The notes under the pieces: model-generated | Databases searched by the model: none | Told to the model about the DNA's origin: nothing | Seen by the model: the letters and a program-made list of their open reading frames with translations, nothing else | Made by a program: the position numbers and the translations under genes | NCBI RefSeq assembly: GCF_030144855.1 | Contig: NC_082715.1 | Span: forward strand, 135,098,001 to 135,162,000 | DNA length: 64,000 bases | Source of the DNA: Hypanus sabinus | Taxonomy: Eukaryota | Direction: 5' to 3' | Shown: one piece after another, positions 47,071 through 60,009 of the stretch | Numbering within the stretch: the first letter of the stretch is position 1 | Layout: each line of letters opens with the position of its first letter

Positions 47071-48514
47071 TGAAATAATGCAAAATCTAGAGGATAATAT
47101 TTTCATGAAACAGTAAAGTCTATTGTCAGTATGGTGTGTAAATTTAGTAAGTAAATGTTAGTATTATTTGTAGAATGTAAATATTACACACCTACTGGGG
47201 TTCCATGGCAGTCAACTGAATGAGAGAAGGAAAGGATCCTAAAGTAAGTATCTTTCCATCAAGAGCAGGGAGATCTTGGCCAGAAGGAACAGCAGTCTAC
47301 AAATCAGTGGATTCAGATGAATCAAGAACAGGGGAAGCAGACGAACCTATGGTCTTTGTTTCCCCCATTTTGTGAACTCTGAACTGATTCTTGCTCTGGG
47401 GTAAGGGTAATCTAACCAGAGCAATTGTATGTGGACACAAGGAGCTTTAGATAATGACCTGCTAAACTGGAGACCATTCTCAGACTAGTTGCTATTTATT
47501 ATGTAAAGTGCCAGACCTGCCAAAGAAGCAATCTATAATCTCATTAGACTGAGTGTCTGAGTCGCCTAGTTTAACTCGTTTGGACCAGTCAGGGTTGAAA
47601 GACATATATACAAAAGGCTGGGGAGGTGGAGGGCTGAAACCATGGAACAACATAGGTTGTAGCCCTGGACTAGAGCCAGTAAGAACATGAACCAGGTAGG
47701 TTAGGTGATCTTGAGCCATGGGGATAAGATCCATCAGTTGAACTGATGATGAACACGTTAAGAGTCTGGAGATCCAAATGTATAACAGCAATAACACTCC
47801 AGCAACCAGAGACCAACCATCACGGCTGAGGAAGATCCCACAGATACGTGGAGGTTGGGTCCACAAGAAACGCTTGGTCAGCATATTCTCCTTTCCTGTG
47901 TAATACCTTTTCTCTTCATTGACTGTTCATGGGGGATTGGGGAATTCTGGTGGGTGTGCACACAGTTAATTGGTTTGTAAGCCCACGTGCTTTTTAGTTG
48001 AGACAATAAAGGTTACTTGTTGGGAAATACAGATTCTCTCTCCCCCTCTCTGATCATTATTACAAAGGTACAGCCATATAACACTCTCATTATTCCCTGA
48101 TCATTTAAATGGTTTGGATCATTTTACCTGCTTCCAAAGGACTGTATCTCACACAGCTTATTTGTTAAAATACGCCACTGTCCTCTAAAGTCTGAAAGCA
48201 GAATGGAGAGCCATTTGTTGGATGTTTAACAGAGCAGACTGGTCAGTCAGCACAGGGCAGAGCTCTGGGCTCTGTTCAGTGGTAGGTGTAAGAGCATATG
48301 CTAGGGAGCAGGGAAATAAAGCAGGGGGTGCGTGGCATGAATAAAAAGCAACATTTGGAAGCTGATTGACAGAAAAAATTGGGTTGACTTTGTTGACACA
48401 ATGCCTGTTGACATTGAGTACAGTGTCTGTTGGGTTAAACTGGCTACTGAGTTCTCATAAAATTGATTGGCGCCATTTGGCAAAGTGAGGGCAATTCTTG
48501 TGAACACTTTCAAT

Positions 48515-48590
48515 GACTCTGTTCTTACCCAGAAATCTCTGAACTTCAGAACACTATCACTGTGAATCGGGTGCACATACACTGGGAGTT
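48515..48590 (-). promoter_or_regulatory. fossil ZNF-type promoter/exon 1 (CpG-decayed NRF1 + donor)
   Basis: TGCACATACAC at 48572-48582 and minus-strand GATTTCTGG|GTAAG at 48528; paralog at 53990-54062. Confidence 0.45.
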
Positions 48591-48699
48591 TAAAGTTGTG
48601 TGAAAGGGTGTGTATGAATTCAGTGGGGAAAAGACTCCAGGAATGGAATTGATTGAACTTCCAGACAGAACTAAAGTCTTGTTCTTAATTGGGAATTCA

Positions 48700-50638
48700 T
48701 ACCTTGAGCATGAATACCTTGATACCTAATCACTTTAGTGTTCATGCATTTTGATTTTTTTTGATATTTTATATATATTTTTTGATGTTTTTCTCTATTA
48801 ATAAGGCTTAGTATGGGTATGTATTTTTTATTATTTTGAAATTCCAATAATTAATCTTTGTGTGTTTTTCGTAAGAGGTTTAAGTTTCTTTCTCAGTTGT
48901 TTTGTCTAGGTTGGAATGCAGCTAATCTTGATATAGATTGGAGCTAGAATAGCAGGATTTTTTGGGGGGATGACGTTATTAGTAGTAGCTGCCAGCTCTC
49001 TATTGGTCGGCTTTCTGGCTTTGGGTGGAGGGAGGGGAAAAAAGCTCTCTTTCTGGAAGTTGTGTTGGGTTCTCAGCCTAATCTGTTGCTTGGTTACCTT
49101 ATCTCAAGGTTGGTTGTCTGGTTTTCGTATACATTCTAGTGTGGTCATTATCCTAACCTTTTTTTTAAATAGTACTAAAAATGGATCAAATTATTAATTT
49201 ACTTAGTCTTAATGTGAAAAGATTAAATCACGCTGTGAAACAGAATAAGATTTTTGCCTATATTAAAAAAAACTTAAGGTCCCAATTGTGTTTTTACAAG
49301 AAACTCATGTATGTAACTGTGACAATCCACGCCTTTTCATCCCTTTCTTCGAGCTAAATCTAGAAGGGTTTCAATCTTTATAGATAATACTGTTCCTTTT
49401 GTTCAACGTAAAGTAGTGTCTGATATTAATCGGCTAATAAATTAATATTATTCGCTAATCTTTATTCCCCGAATATAGATGACCCAGGATTATTTCACTG
49501 TTTTTTTTCCACTCTTGCCAGATTTGAGTCTTTATTCATTAGTTTTCGGAGGAGACTTTGATTGCTGATTAGATCCAGTTTTAGATCGGTCATCTTCCAA
49601 ACCAGCTACCCTTAACAAATCAGCTTTATTTATTCAATCTTTCCTAGTTAAATGAGGTATTGTTGAATTTTGGCATTTTTCACATCCAGAAGATAGGGAG
49701 TACTCGTTTTCTTTTCTCATGTTCACCATACATATTCCAGGATTGATTTTTTTATTGATAGTCAAATGATTACATCAGTTCGATCCTGTGAATATGAAGA
49801 GATTGCTGTTTCAGACCATGCTCCTGTGCTTTTATCTTTAAACCTTCCTGGTCTCCCTCAAATAGATTTTGGCGTTTTACTCTAACTTTGCTATCTGGTA
49901 GGGATCTTTTAAAGTTTCTGGAGAAACAAATTATTCTTTTTTTAAAGAGAATATGCTAGAAGTGACTTCTCATCTTATTATATGGGACGATTTAAGGCCT
50001 ATATTAGAGGACAAATTATTTCTTCTACTGCAATTGTTACGAAAAAAGCTAATAAAGAGAGAATTGATTTAACTAATCTGTTGAAACAATTAGACCAAAA
50101 ATATGCTTTGGCTCAATTTTCTGCTTTATATAAAAGACATGTTGAAATTAAAACTAAATATGATCTTCTTTTAACATATCCAATTGAAAGTCAACTCCTA
50201 AAATATAAAATTCAATTCCATATTCATGGAGACAAAACAGGTAAATTATTGGCTAACCACTTAAAAACGTTTATTGCTAAATGGCAAATTAAAGAAATTT
50301 TTAAAGCTAATGGTGATAGGACAACTGACCATTTAGAAATAAATGATACCTTTAGAGAATTTTATTCTAAACTTTATAGTTCTGACTCTCCTAAAGATAA
50401 TGCTGTAATGAATATTTTTAGACCAATTAAACATCCCTGTACTTTCTGTTGATAATCGAAAGCAGTTGGATCAACCTATTTCTTATGAGGAAAATGCAGA
50501 GGCTGTATGTTCATTGCACTCCGGGAAGTCTCCGGGTCCTGATGGATTTTCTGGAGAATTTTACAAGGCTTTTTCCTCATTGCTTATACCTTATTTATGT
50601 TCTGTTTTTCGGATTTCTTTAAGTTAGGTAGACTGACA
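48700..50638 (+). mobile_element. L1-clade ORF2 5' part, truncated at a junction with ERV copy B
   Basis: SLNVKRLN, LQETH, SDHAPV, KAYIRGQII, GDKTGKLLA, KSPGPDGF. Confidence 0.88.
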
Positions 50639-50646
50639 TAAAGGTA

Positions 50647-53558
50647 ACAATTACCAAAACCAGTCGCAGTTGGCTGTTTAGTTGAAGATTTGATGCAATT
50701 ACCGCAGAATGCTAAGGCAGAATGTCACAGAATAGAAACAGAAAATGAATGTCGGCATATGGCAGAAGCCAAGTGAGTTAGCTTACAACAGGACATATTG
50801 GAAAACTGGCATAAAGCAGAAGCTGACTGAGATAGGTTAAATGGAGAACACAAAAGGAGGTAGAAAGCTTGAGAGAAAGGGTTACTGATTTACAGGGTGA
50901 AAAGAGTATGGACTTGATGCATGTGAACCAGTATCAGTTGAAGTCTAAGAAATTACTTAAAGAAAAATGTAAACAAGAGGAAGCCCCCGAACCAGCGAAG
51001 AGTGAAGTGGAAGGATTAAGGAAACAGTGCAGTGAATTAACGATGGCAATGAATGTGATTCAGGAATCAGCACAGGAAAGGAAGAGTAACACTGGCAATC
51101 ATGCAAAGTGTTTAAAGCAGATACAAAAGCTGCAGGATCAACTTGATGTACAGCGAGGAATAATATATGCTTTTGGATCTAAACGAGGGGAGGGTGAATG
51201 TAGAGATATTGATTGGTATGATTTCACAGATGAAGCTACTAGATAACGGTTTTGATAATTAAAAATGTTTTAATTTCGCCGAGGAGCTCCCACCAACACC
51301 CTACCAATGGGAGCACTTTACATCACTGTGATTGGGAGGCAGAAGGAACAACAGATTATGGATTTAATCAAGGACCAGAAGAAAGATAAACAATTCAAAC
51401 AAGTAATAGAAGGAGCAGGTTCTAAAATATACAAGGACAACAAGGGAGAGTTTGTTAAAGATGAAGTAGCCTATGATGAAGGATAACATGCAGCATTATG
51501 TCAAGAAATGCTTGATCTCTGCACCATATAAACCTGACAGAAATGTAAAGAAAGGAGCCCTACAACACACCAGCCCAGTGGAAGGGTCTTGGACTAATTT
51601 GCAGATAGATTATTTTGGTCCCTTACTGTCCACCCTAAGAGGGTACAAATATATTCTGGTAATAATAGAGAACTTTATGAAGTGGGTGGATGCTTTCCCA
51701 GTTAAGACAAGCACAGCAAGGGCTTTGTAAAAATCTTATTGGAAGGATATTCACTCGATGGTGATCAAGGCATCATTTCATAGCCCAGATAATGCAGGAT
51801 GTCATGGCAGTTTAAGGGATCAAGCAGAGATTTCATATACCCTGTAGACCACAGTCTAGTGGAATTGTGGAAAGAATGAATTGAACACTAAAAAAATATG
51901 ATTGCAAAAATGGTGCAGAAACATGGCAGGTAGTTTTGCCTTATGCCCTGATGATACTAAGGAATAGAGAGGCATCTTCAACAGCTTTATAAGCTCATGA
52001 CTAGAAGGGATATGAAAGGATTGGAGGATTATTCAGGATTAGATTTGTCAGAATGCGTAATTGAAGGGATTGTTTCGGAAAAGTGGGTACAACAATTGGT
52101 AGAGACAGTGAAAGAGGCCAATTATGTGGCAGCCCACCAAAGAGGAAAAAAAGAATCAGCGAAGTGAAGCCTACTGTGACTCAAAAGTCAGTCTCATAGA
52201 ATTAAGCCCAGGACAGAGAGTGATGATTCAAATACACCAACCCACCACATTTTCTTAAATCCAAAGTTTGCGGGGCTCTATGAAATTATAGACAAAACAA
52301 GTCCTTCAGTGTACAAAGTACTGTCTTCTCCATATGAAAGTGGGTGGTACCGTGTCAACCAACTGAAAAATTGCTGGGGGAGAAACAGGAATGTTATTAT
52401 TATTGGCACGTAACAATTGATGTAGCCCTGATTTGGGAGACTTGAGGATGGAACAACTTTTCCAAAAAGATGGGGACAGGTCCCAGCAAGGAGTGATTTT
52501 CAGTTCTCTTATCCTGGGAACTGGGGGATTTCTGTCAAAAACAAAGAAAAGGAAAATATGTTAGTGCTTGTTTCTCTTATCCTGAAATTAAGTTCGGTGA
52601 AGAAAAATGGATGCCTCGAGTCCAGAGACAATTGGACGTCCAGATTGGATGGTCTAGAAAAACAAATCGAAAATATAGACTTAAAATAACTTTAAGATTT
52701 AAACTTGAACTAAGAAGAGATATTACCATTGTGTGTTACAGGTTTAATTTAATGAGGACTAACAAAGGAGAAATGGAGGACTCAAATTTGTATTGTACTG
52801 GGGTAGATGGTTTGACAAAACCTTAGTTATTCCAGAAGGTACAAAACTATAATTCCTATGTTATAAAATTCTAGACGGCATTATTCAGTATCCTAGAGGG
52901 GATAATCATAAGTCAGTCTTTAGGTCCGATTATTGAGCAGCCTTCATGTAATGATGACAAGATAAGATTACAGTTCTGTGGGATCACACTCAACTGAATA
53001 TTGAGTGGCATAGCAATCTCTACAAGAGGAATGTCAACTGGGCCTTTCGCCTAGTTTAACTGGTTTGGACCAATCAGAGTTGAAAGACACATATAAAGAA
53101 GGCTGGGTGGGGTGTGGGGTGGTAGAAGCCATGGAACAACATTGGTTGTCGCCCTGGACTAGAACCAGTAAGAAGTTGACCCAGGTAGATTAGGTGATCT
53201 TGAGCCACGGGGATGAAGATCCATTAGTTAAACTGATGATGAACACAATAAGAGTCAGGAGATTCAAATGTATAATGGCGATAACACACCAGCAACCAGA
53301 GACCAACCATCACGGCTGAGGAAGACCCCACAGATATGTGGAGATTAGGACCACAAGGAACGCCTGGTCAGCTTGGACTCCTTTCCTATGTAATACCATT
53401 TCACTTCATTGACTGTTCATGGAGGTTTAAGGAATTCTAGTGGGTGTGCACACAGTTCATTAGTTTGTGAACCCAGGTGCTTTTCGGTTGAGACAATAAA
53501 GATTACTTGTTGGGAAGTACAGATTCTCTCCGCCTCTCTGATCATTATTACAAGTGTA
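50647..53558 (+). mobile_element. second, more deleted copy (B) of the ERV: gag remnant-IN-env start-partial 3' LTR
   Basis: Colinear with 36728-39256 and 47562-48075. Has the same gag/IN junction (DEATR) and the same downstream flank (53560-54160 vs 48084-48690). Confidence 0.88.
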
Positions 53559-55469
53559 TCTCATTATTCCCTGCTCATATAAATGGTTTGGGTCATTTTC
53601 ATTGCTTCTAAAGGACTGTTGGCTCACACAGCTGAGTTGTTAGAATAAACCACTGTCCTCTAAAGTCTGAAAGCAGAATGGATAACCATTAGTTGGATGT
53701 TCAATAGAGCAGGGTTTGAGACTGGTCATCACAGAGCTCTGGGCTCTGTTCAGTGGTAGGTGTAAGAGCATATGATAGGGAGCAGGGAAATAAAGCAGGG
53801 GGTGCGTGGCAGTGAATAATAGAGCAACATTTGGAAGCTGATTGAAAGAAGAAAAATTGCGTTGACTTTGTTGACATAGTGCCTGTTGAGATTGAGTACA
53901 GTGCTTGTCGTGTTAAACTGGCTACTGAGTTCTCATAACATTGGTGCCATTTGGCAGAGAGGAGGCAATTCTTGTGAACACCTTCAATGGCTCCATTCTT
54001 ACCCAGAAATCTCTGCGCTTCAGAATTTACTATCACTGTGAATCGAGTATGCATGTGCTGGGAGTTTAAAATTGTGTCAAAAGGTGTGTCAAATTCATCG
54101 GGAAAAAGGCTCCAGGAATGGATGTGATTGAATTCTCAGAAAGAACTGAGATCTTGTTCTTGATTTTCCACCAATTGAAGTGGAACATTGAGATCAGATC
54201 TGATATTCTCAACCAGCTGATGTCCATACCTTGGTAGATAATAGGAATAGTTGATACTGAGGCCTAAAAGAAAGAACTGGGACCAACTTCTGCTGAATTA
54301 AAATGTCAATTAGAGCTGCACAGGATAAACAAACTCCTTGTGTCACTTTTGGTTCTTTAACAGATCACTTTTGTTGGACGTCATCTGGTTCTGGATTCTT
54401 CTGCAAGGTGAGACTGTTGTTTCTTCTATTCTGTCTAGATTTATAACGATAGCAAACATCTCTGTTTTGGGCATCAAGTGACCTATGGCATTCACACCAT
54501 AAATGTTCCACACATTAACGACTTCCAGTGAGAAAATCTAATCACCCACTCTTCACTTTCATTGACATTGCCATTGCTGAGTTCACAACCATCAGTCACT
54601 TCAGGGTCACAGTGATCAGAACATCTCCCTAAGCAGCTGTGAAATACCACACATTTCCTGGAGGGCAGTGGGATATGACCAAAACATAACAGTGGGAAAA
54701 GTGGGGATTAAAAAGGGAGATAGTTGTGACCTGTGCTGGAAGTGGTGGAATTGAGGGGAAGAGGGTGGCCTAGAGGTGGAGACCCAGATTGATCATGGGA
54801 ACGAGCCCTCCAATTGACAGGGTAGAGTAAAAGGGAATAACCTAGTGAAGGGTGAGGGGTTAAATAGATGACAGAGATTTTGGAGAAATTAGGGTCAATC
54901 CAGAGGTGGGGGATCTGAGGGGGGCATCCCAGAGATGCAGGGGAGAGGAAAGTTAATGACCCAGAGAAGGGACAAGGGAGATAAGTGTGGAATGACCCAA
55001 ATAAATGGTGAGAGTAGTGACCCAAAGACTGGGAAGAAGGGAGTGGCCCTGAGATGAGGAGTGGGAGTGCACAAGTTTTCAATTGATCAATGTGCATATA
55101 TAATTGAGAATTCTGAGCAGAAGTTTCAGAGTATTTTGGTGAGATGGGCTGGACTGTTGCCCTTGGACACAAGATTGGTAAATTAAGTTTGAAGGAAGAA
55201 TGAGTGCAAGTTGTCAGAGACTAGTTAATCAGTGACGTCACTTCCTCACCGACAGTGATGACTATTCAGAACCCATCACCACAGGGACAGCCAAAAGGTG
55301 AGCAGCAGGGACACATTGAAGGGAAAGCTGAGTGAACAGAGATAGAGAAAAGAACATCACTACATGGTGATGGGAGGACATGGAACAGAAACAGTGGCAG
55401 GGACCAGAGGGGCAGAATGGCCTCTCCACTGTACATTAGTGTTTTTCAGAGTCAGTGGGTTTCCGAAAC

Positions 55470-56680
55470 ACAAGTTTTAAAATAGAACTATATTTATTTA
55501 TGACATATCCGTAGTGTTACATTCCAGTATAATTAAAGGCGAATGTGATCAGAGTAAACCCATCCCGTGCCCAGTGACCACGGTCCATCTCCCGGTGTGA
55601 TGAACAACAGCAAAAACTGTACAATCTGACAACAGTCACTACTCAATTTGCAACTGGATTCAAGAGCTATGAAGGTTAAAATTCTAACACACAGCCTATT
55701 TGAACTTCCTCCCTGATGTGAACCTGCTGGTGCTTGAGCTGGTGGGATGACTGAGTAAACCCCTTTGCTCACATAGGATCAGAGAGCACTCACTATTGCC
55801 TCACAATGTTGGAGAACTGAATGAATTCTTTCTCACAGTCTCAGCCACTGAATGGCCTCTTCCCAGTAAATCCAAGAAACACAGTGCAATCAGTGGAAGA
55901 CCACACCCAACAGGATGGATCAGCAGCTAATGTGCAGAACACAGTAAATTGCAAATAAAAAATAAGAGAGAATAATATTTTTTTTTAAAAAAAGCAATAA
56001 TTACTGAGAAAATGAGATGAAGAATCCTTGAAATGGAGTCCGTAGGTTTTGGGAAGTTCAGTGGTGGAGCAAGTGAAATTGACTAAAGTTATCCTTTCTG
56101 GTTCAGGAGCCTGGTGGTTTATGGTGACAGGAAATTCCCTCATGGATAAAGAGCAGTTGAAAAGCTGGTGTGAACTCTGTGATGTGTTAGTCACTCAGAT
56201 GAATGAATCCCATCCCACATATGGAGCAGATGAATGGCCTCTCTCCAGTGTGAATTTTCTGATGTGTCTTCAGTTGCACAACTGAATGAATTTCATCCTA
56301 CAGTCAGAACCTGTGTACTGTCTCTGTGCTGTGAACTCCCTGATGTATCTTCAGACTAAGTGACTGCATTTACCCCATCCTACACACCTAGCAAAGGAAT
56401 AGCCTCTCTACAGTGTGAATTCACTGGGGTTTTGCAGTTTGGAAGTGTGAAAATATTCCTTCCCACACATAGAGCAGGTGAACGACCTTTCCCCACTGTG
56501 AACTCGCCGGTGTGTCTGCAGTCTAGATGAACAACTGAATCCCTTCACACTCAGAAGAGGTGAATGATTTCTCCTTGCTCTGAATTCTCTGATGTCTCAT
56601 CAGGTCAGATGATGTAGTGAATCCCTCTCACAATTCAAGCAGTTGACCATCTAATCTCCAGTGAAGCTTCTCAGGGCCTG
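55470..56680 (-). pseudogene. decayed C2H2 ZNF gene with homologous 3' UTR
   Basis: Minus strand reads [17 protein letters not shown] and HRRVHSGERSFTCSMCGK with frameshifts. 55470-55620 resembles the ZNF-1/2 3' UTR, including the AATAAA. A short repeat is inserted at ~55880-56150. Confidence 0.8.
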
Positions 56681-56744
56681 GAATCCGATGGATTTCAAAG
56701 AGAAGCTGAAACAGAATCCCCAGGGCACATTTAACAAGTGTTTT

Positions 56745-59030
56745 GAGTCATTGTTTGCTTGTGAATAAAAGTTGCAAAGATACATACACCAGGATGCTCT
56801 TTATCAATTACAGCTTGGCATTTAACACAATCATCCACCCAAAACTAATCAGTAAACCTCAAGACCTGGACCTCAATACCCATTTATGCAATTTGATCCT
56901 GTATTTCCTCACCTGTACAACCCCATTCAGCTCAGATTGGCAAAAACATCTTCATGATCTCCATCAGCACAGGATCAATGCAGGGATGTGTACTTAGCCC
57001 CCTGTTCTACTCATTTTCACCTATGTCTGTGTGGCTAAGTACAGCTCCAACACCATATACAAATTGCAAATGACAACACTGTTGTGGGTTGTATCAAAGG
57101 AGCTGATGAATCAGCATACAGAAGGAGACTGAAAACTTGGCTGAGTGGTGTAATAACAACAACCTCTACTCAAGGCCAATAAAGACCAAGGAACTGATTG
57201 TAGACTTCAAGAATGGGAAACCATAGATTCATCAGCCAGTAATCATTGCAGGATGAAAGGTGGAGAGGGTCAGTAATTTTTAATTCCTGGGTGTCACTAT
57301 CTCAGAAGACCTGCCCAGGACTCATCATATAAATATTATTGCAAGAAAAGCACAACAGTGCCTCTGCTTCCTCAGGAGTTTGAGGAGGCTTGGCATGTCA
57401 TCAAGAACCTAGTCAAATTTCTTTAGATGTGTACTGACTGGCGGCACTATGGCCTGGAATGGGAACACCAATGCCTTTGAGTGGAAAATCCTACAAAAGG
57501 TAATGGATTCGGCCCAGTACATCACAGGTAAAACCCTTCCAATCATTGAGCACATCTACATGAGATGTTGCCATAGAAAAGCAGCATCCATCATCAACTA
57601 GCCCCATTACCAAGGCTATGCTCTTTTCTCACTGTCATAAGGGGAGGTGAGACTGGACCCAAATGCAGGACGCAGCACTGAAGTACTAGGGGCAGGATGG
57701 AACAAGCTAAAGGATAGGACGAGGCGTGGAGACCATGGCGTTTGTGGAGATCCTGGAGTTCAGAGATGATCCTGGAGTTCAGAGAGATCTTGGAGTCCAA
57801 GGTGGTCTCAAGGCTTGGCTAGAGGCAGGGGTCTCGAGGCTTGGCTAGAGGCAGGGGTCTCGAGGGCTTCACTGGAAGCTGGTGTCTAGAGGCTTGAGTC
57901 TTAAGGCTTGCTTGAGGCTGAGGTCTTGAGGCTTGGCTTGAGGATGGGTTCTTGAGGCTGGTTTCTTGAGGCTTGCTTGAGGCTTGGCTAGAGGCAGGGG
58001 TCTCGAGGGCTTTGCTAGAGGCTGATGTCTAGAGGCTTGAGTCTTGAGGCTGAGGTCTTGAGGCTTGGCTTGAGGATGGGTTCATGGGACTAGGAATGCT
58101 GGGAGCATAGCTCCCTGGGCGTGCCGCAGAACTCTTGGGCAGGACCTGGACCTCCCAGGCAGGACATAGGGGTTTGGGCAGGTCGTGGGACACAACCCGT
58201 TGGAGGCGATGGATAGAAAGGGGCTGAGTCCTCTGGGTGGGCCACAGAACTCTTGGGCAGGACTCGGACCTCCCAGGCAGGGCACAGTGGCCTGGGCAGG
58301 TCGCGGGGCACAACCCATCGGAGGCAAGGTATAGGAAGAGGCAGAGCTCTCCGCTGGGCAACAGCAATCTGGCCTGGCTTACCCGACGGAGGCAAAGGAT
58401 AGGAAGGGAGCTAAGTCCAGGGTGACTTCAAGACTCACTGCGGCCAGAAGACTCGGGTGGGCTACAGAGCAGCCCAGTCCATAACTCACTCACAGAACTC
58501 GTCGTTAACGGTGGTGCTACAAGCCCAGATGGACAGGACAACCCCCATCTATACTCAATCCCAGAGCCCTTATGTTCACAGCCAACTGATAGGCATCAGA
58601 TGTGCCTCCTTGAGCCCAACCAAGCTAAGATGATCCTCAAGTGTGACTATTTGAGTTCAAGGCGAAACGAGGGGTGGTCAAGGGACCCGGAGTCCGCGGA
58701 ACGGATCAAGAACCGGAATGCGGACTTCAGACCCAACCCTTACACTCACTGCTGCCATCACATAGAAGGTACAAGGGCTTCAGGACTCGCACCACCGGGT
58801 TCAAGAACAGTTACTACCCCTCAACCAACAGGCTCCTGAATAAAAGGGGATAATTACACTCATTTAAGTAATCTGTTTGACTGTAATTTCATGCTCGTTA
58901 TGTATTGCTATTTATTTATATCTGCATTTGCAGTTTGTTTACAGTTACTGTTCCACAGTTTTGCTCAGTATGCCCGCAGATAAAGGATCTCAGTGTTGCA
59001 TTTGGTGATATGTATGTCCTCTGATTTAAA
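56745..59030 (+). mobile_element. Rex1/Babar-type LINE 3' part, interrupted by a solo LTR
   Basis: YTRMLFINYSLAFNTII, QGCVLSPLFYS, NDNT (decayed ADDT), KTKELIVDF, KAQQCLCFLRSL. Confidence 0.75.
57633..58744. mobile_element. solo LTR-like element with internal tandem repeats
   Basis: TG...CA ends; 5-bp TSD CTCAC at 57628-57632 and 58745-58749. GAGGCTTG-based minisatellite at 57800-58085 and a ~118-bp tandem unit at 58127-58340. Confidence 0.85.
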
Positions 59031-59910
59031 AAATTACTTTGTATCTTTGTCACTTTCAGCAAATTATGTTCCTGTATTCCCAGATCCCACTGTTCTACCA
59101 CACACACCAGTGCCCTACCATTCACTGGGTAAAACCTACTTTGGTTGGTCCCACCTCGCATTTGTCCACATTACATTCCATCTGCAACTTGTTAGACAAT
59201 TGCTCCAGCGGTCCAGATCCCACTGCAAGCCATGATACTCTTCCACACTGTCATCCAAATCGTTGATATCAATGAGAAGCAACAACAGACCCAGCACCAT
59301 TTATTGCGGCACTCCACTAGTCAGAATCCTCCAGTCAGAGAGGCAACCATCTACTAACACTCACTGGCTTCACCCCTACAAACCCAGTGTTAAATCCAAT
59401 TTACTACCTCATCTTGAATGCCTTGTGACTGAATACAATGTAGACAACATCCACTGCCTTGCTTTCATCAACTTTCTGGGTAACTTCCTCAAAAAAAATT
59501 ATAAGATTGGCTTGACCCGACCTCCAATGTCACATTCAAAAGATCGATGGTATTCAAGTACTGGTGAACTGTCATGCAGAGCAGAATTGATCAGTTGTAT
59601 TTGAGATTTCCGAACATAAATCCTTTGACTTTTCTACACAGAGTTTTAAAAAAGGGAACAACGTATGAAGAGCACAATTTCAGATGAGACAGTTTTAGTC
59701 TCCAAGGTGATATACGTCCTTCCTGTAGGTAGGTGACGATACTCCAAATTAGGCTTCACCAATGTCTTGTACAACTTCAATGTAACATCCCATCCCCATT
59801 ACTCAATATGATGTTTACAATGAGGCTCCACAGAAGTTAAGAGAACAAATCCTCATCTTCTATCTGGTTAGAGTTCAAACATCTGGACTCAACATCAAGT
59901 TCCCTGACTG
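59030..59910. mobile_element. old CR1 fragments (-) and a small Penelope GIY-YIG fragment (~59820-59910, +)
   Basis: QWDLGIQEHNLLKV and AVDVVY remnants; KLREQILIFYLVRVQTSGLNIKF. Confidence 0.6.
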
Positions 59911-60009
59911 TTCACTGATCTGTATCATAATGAGATAATCTTCCCCATCACCTGTCTGTGATTTGGTTTAGTGTATCTGAATATAACAGTTCTGCTCATA
60001 TCCCACTGC

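Larger units (their letters stand above)
32936..48083 (+). mobile_element. old endogenous retrovirus, loki/spuma-like, internally deleted (LTR-PBS-gag remnant-IN-env-PPT-LTR)
   Basis: 5' LTR 32936-33786 (TGTT..TAATA); PBS at 33791; gag remnant ~36640-37285; integrase ~37500-38490; env ~38823-47070; purine tract 47261-47273; 3' LTR 47274-48083 (TCTT..TAACA). Confidence 0.85.

Noticed and set aside
58029-58395. Pro/Cys-rich overlapping ORFs
   Set aside because: Products of GC-rich tandem repeats inside the LTR-like element.
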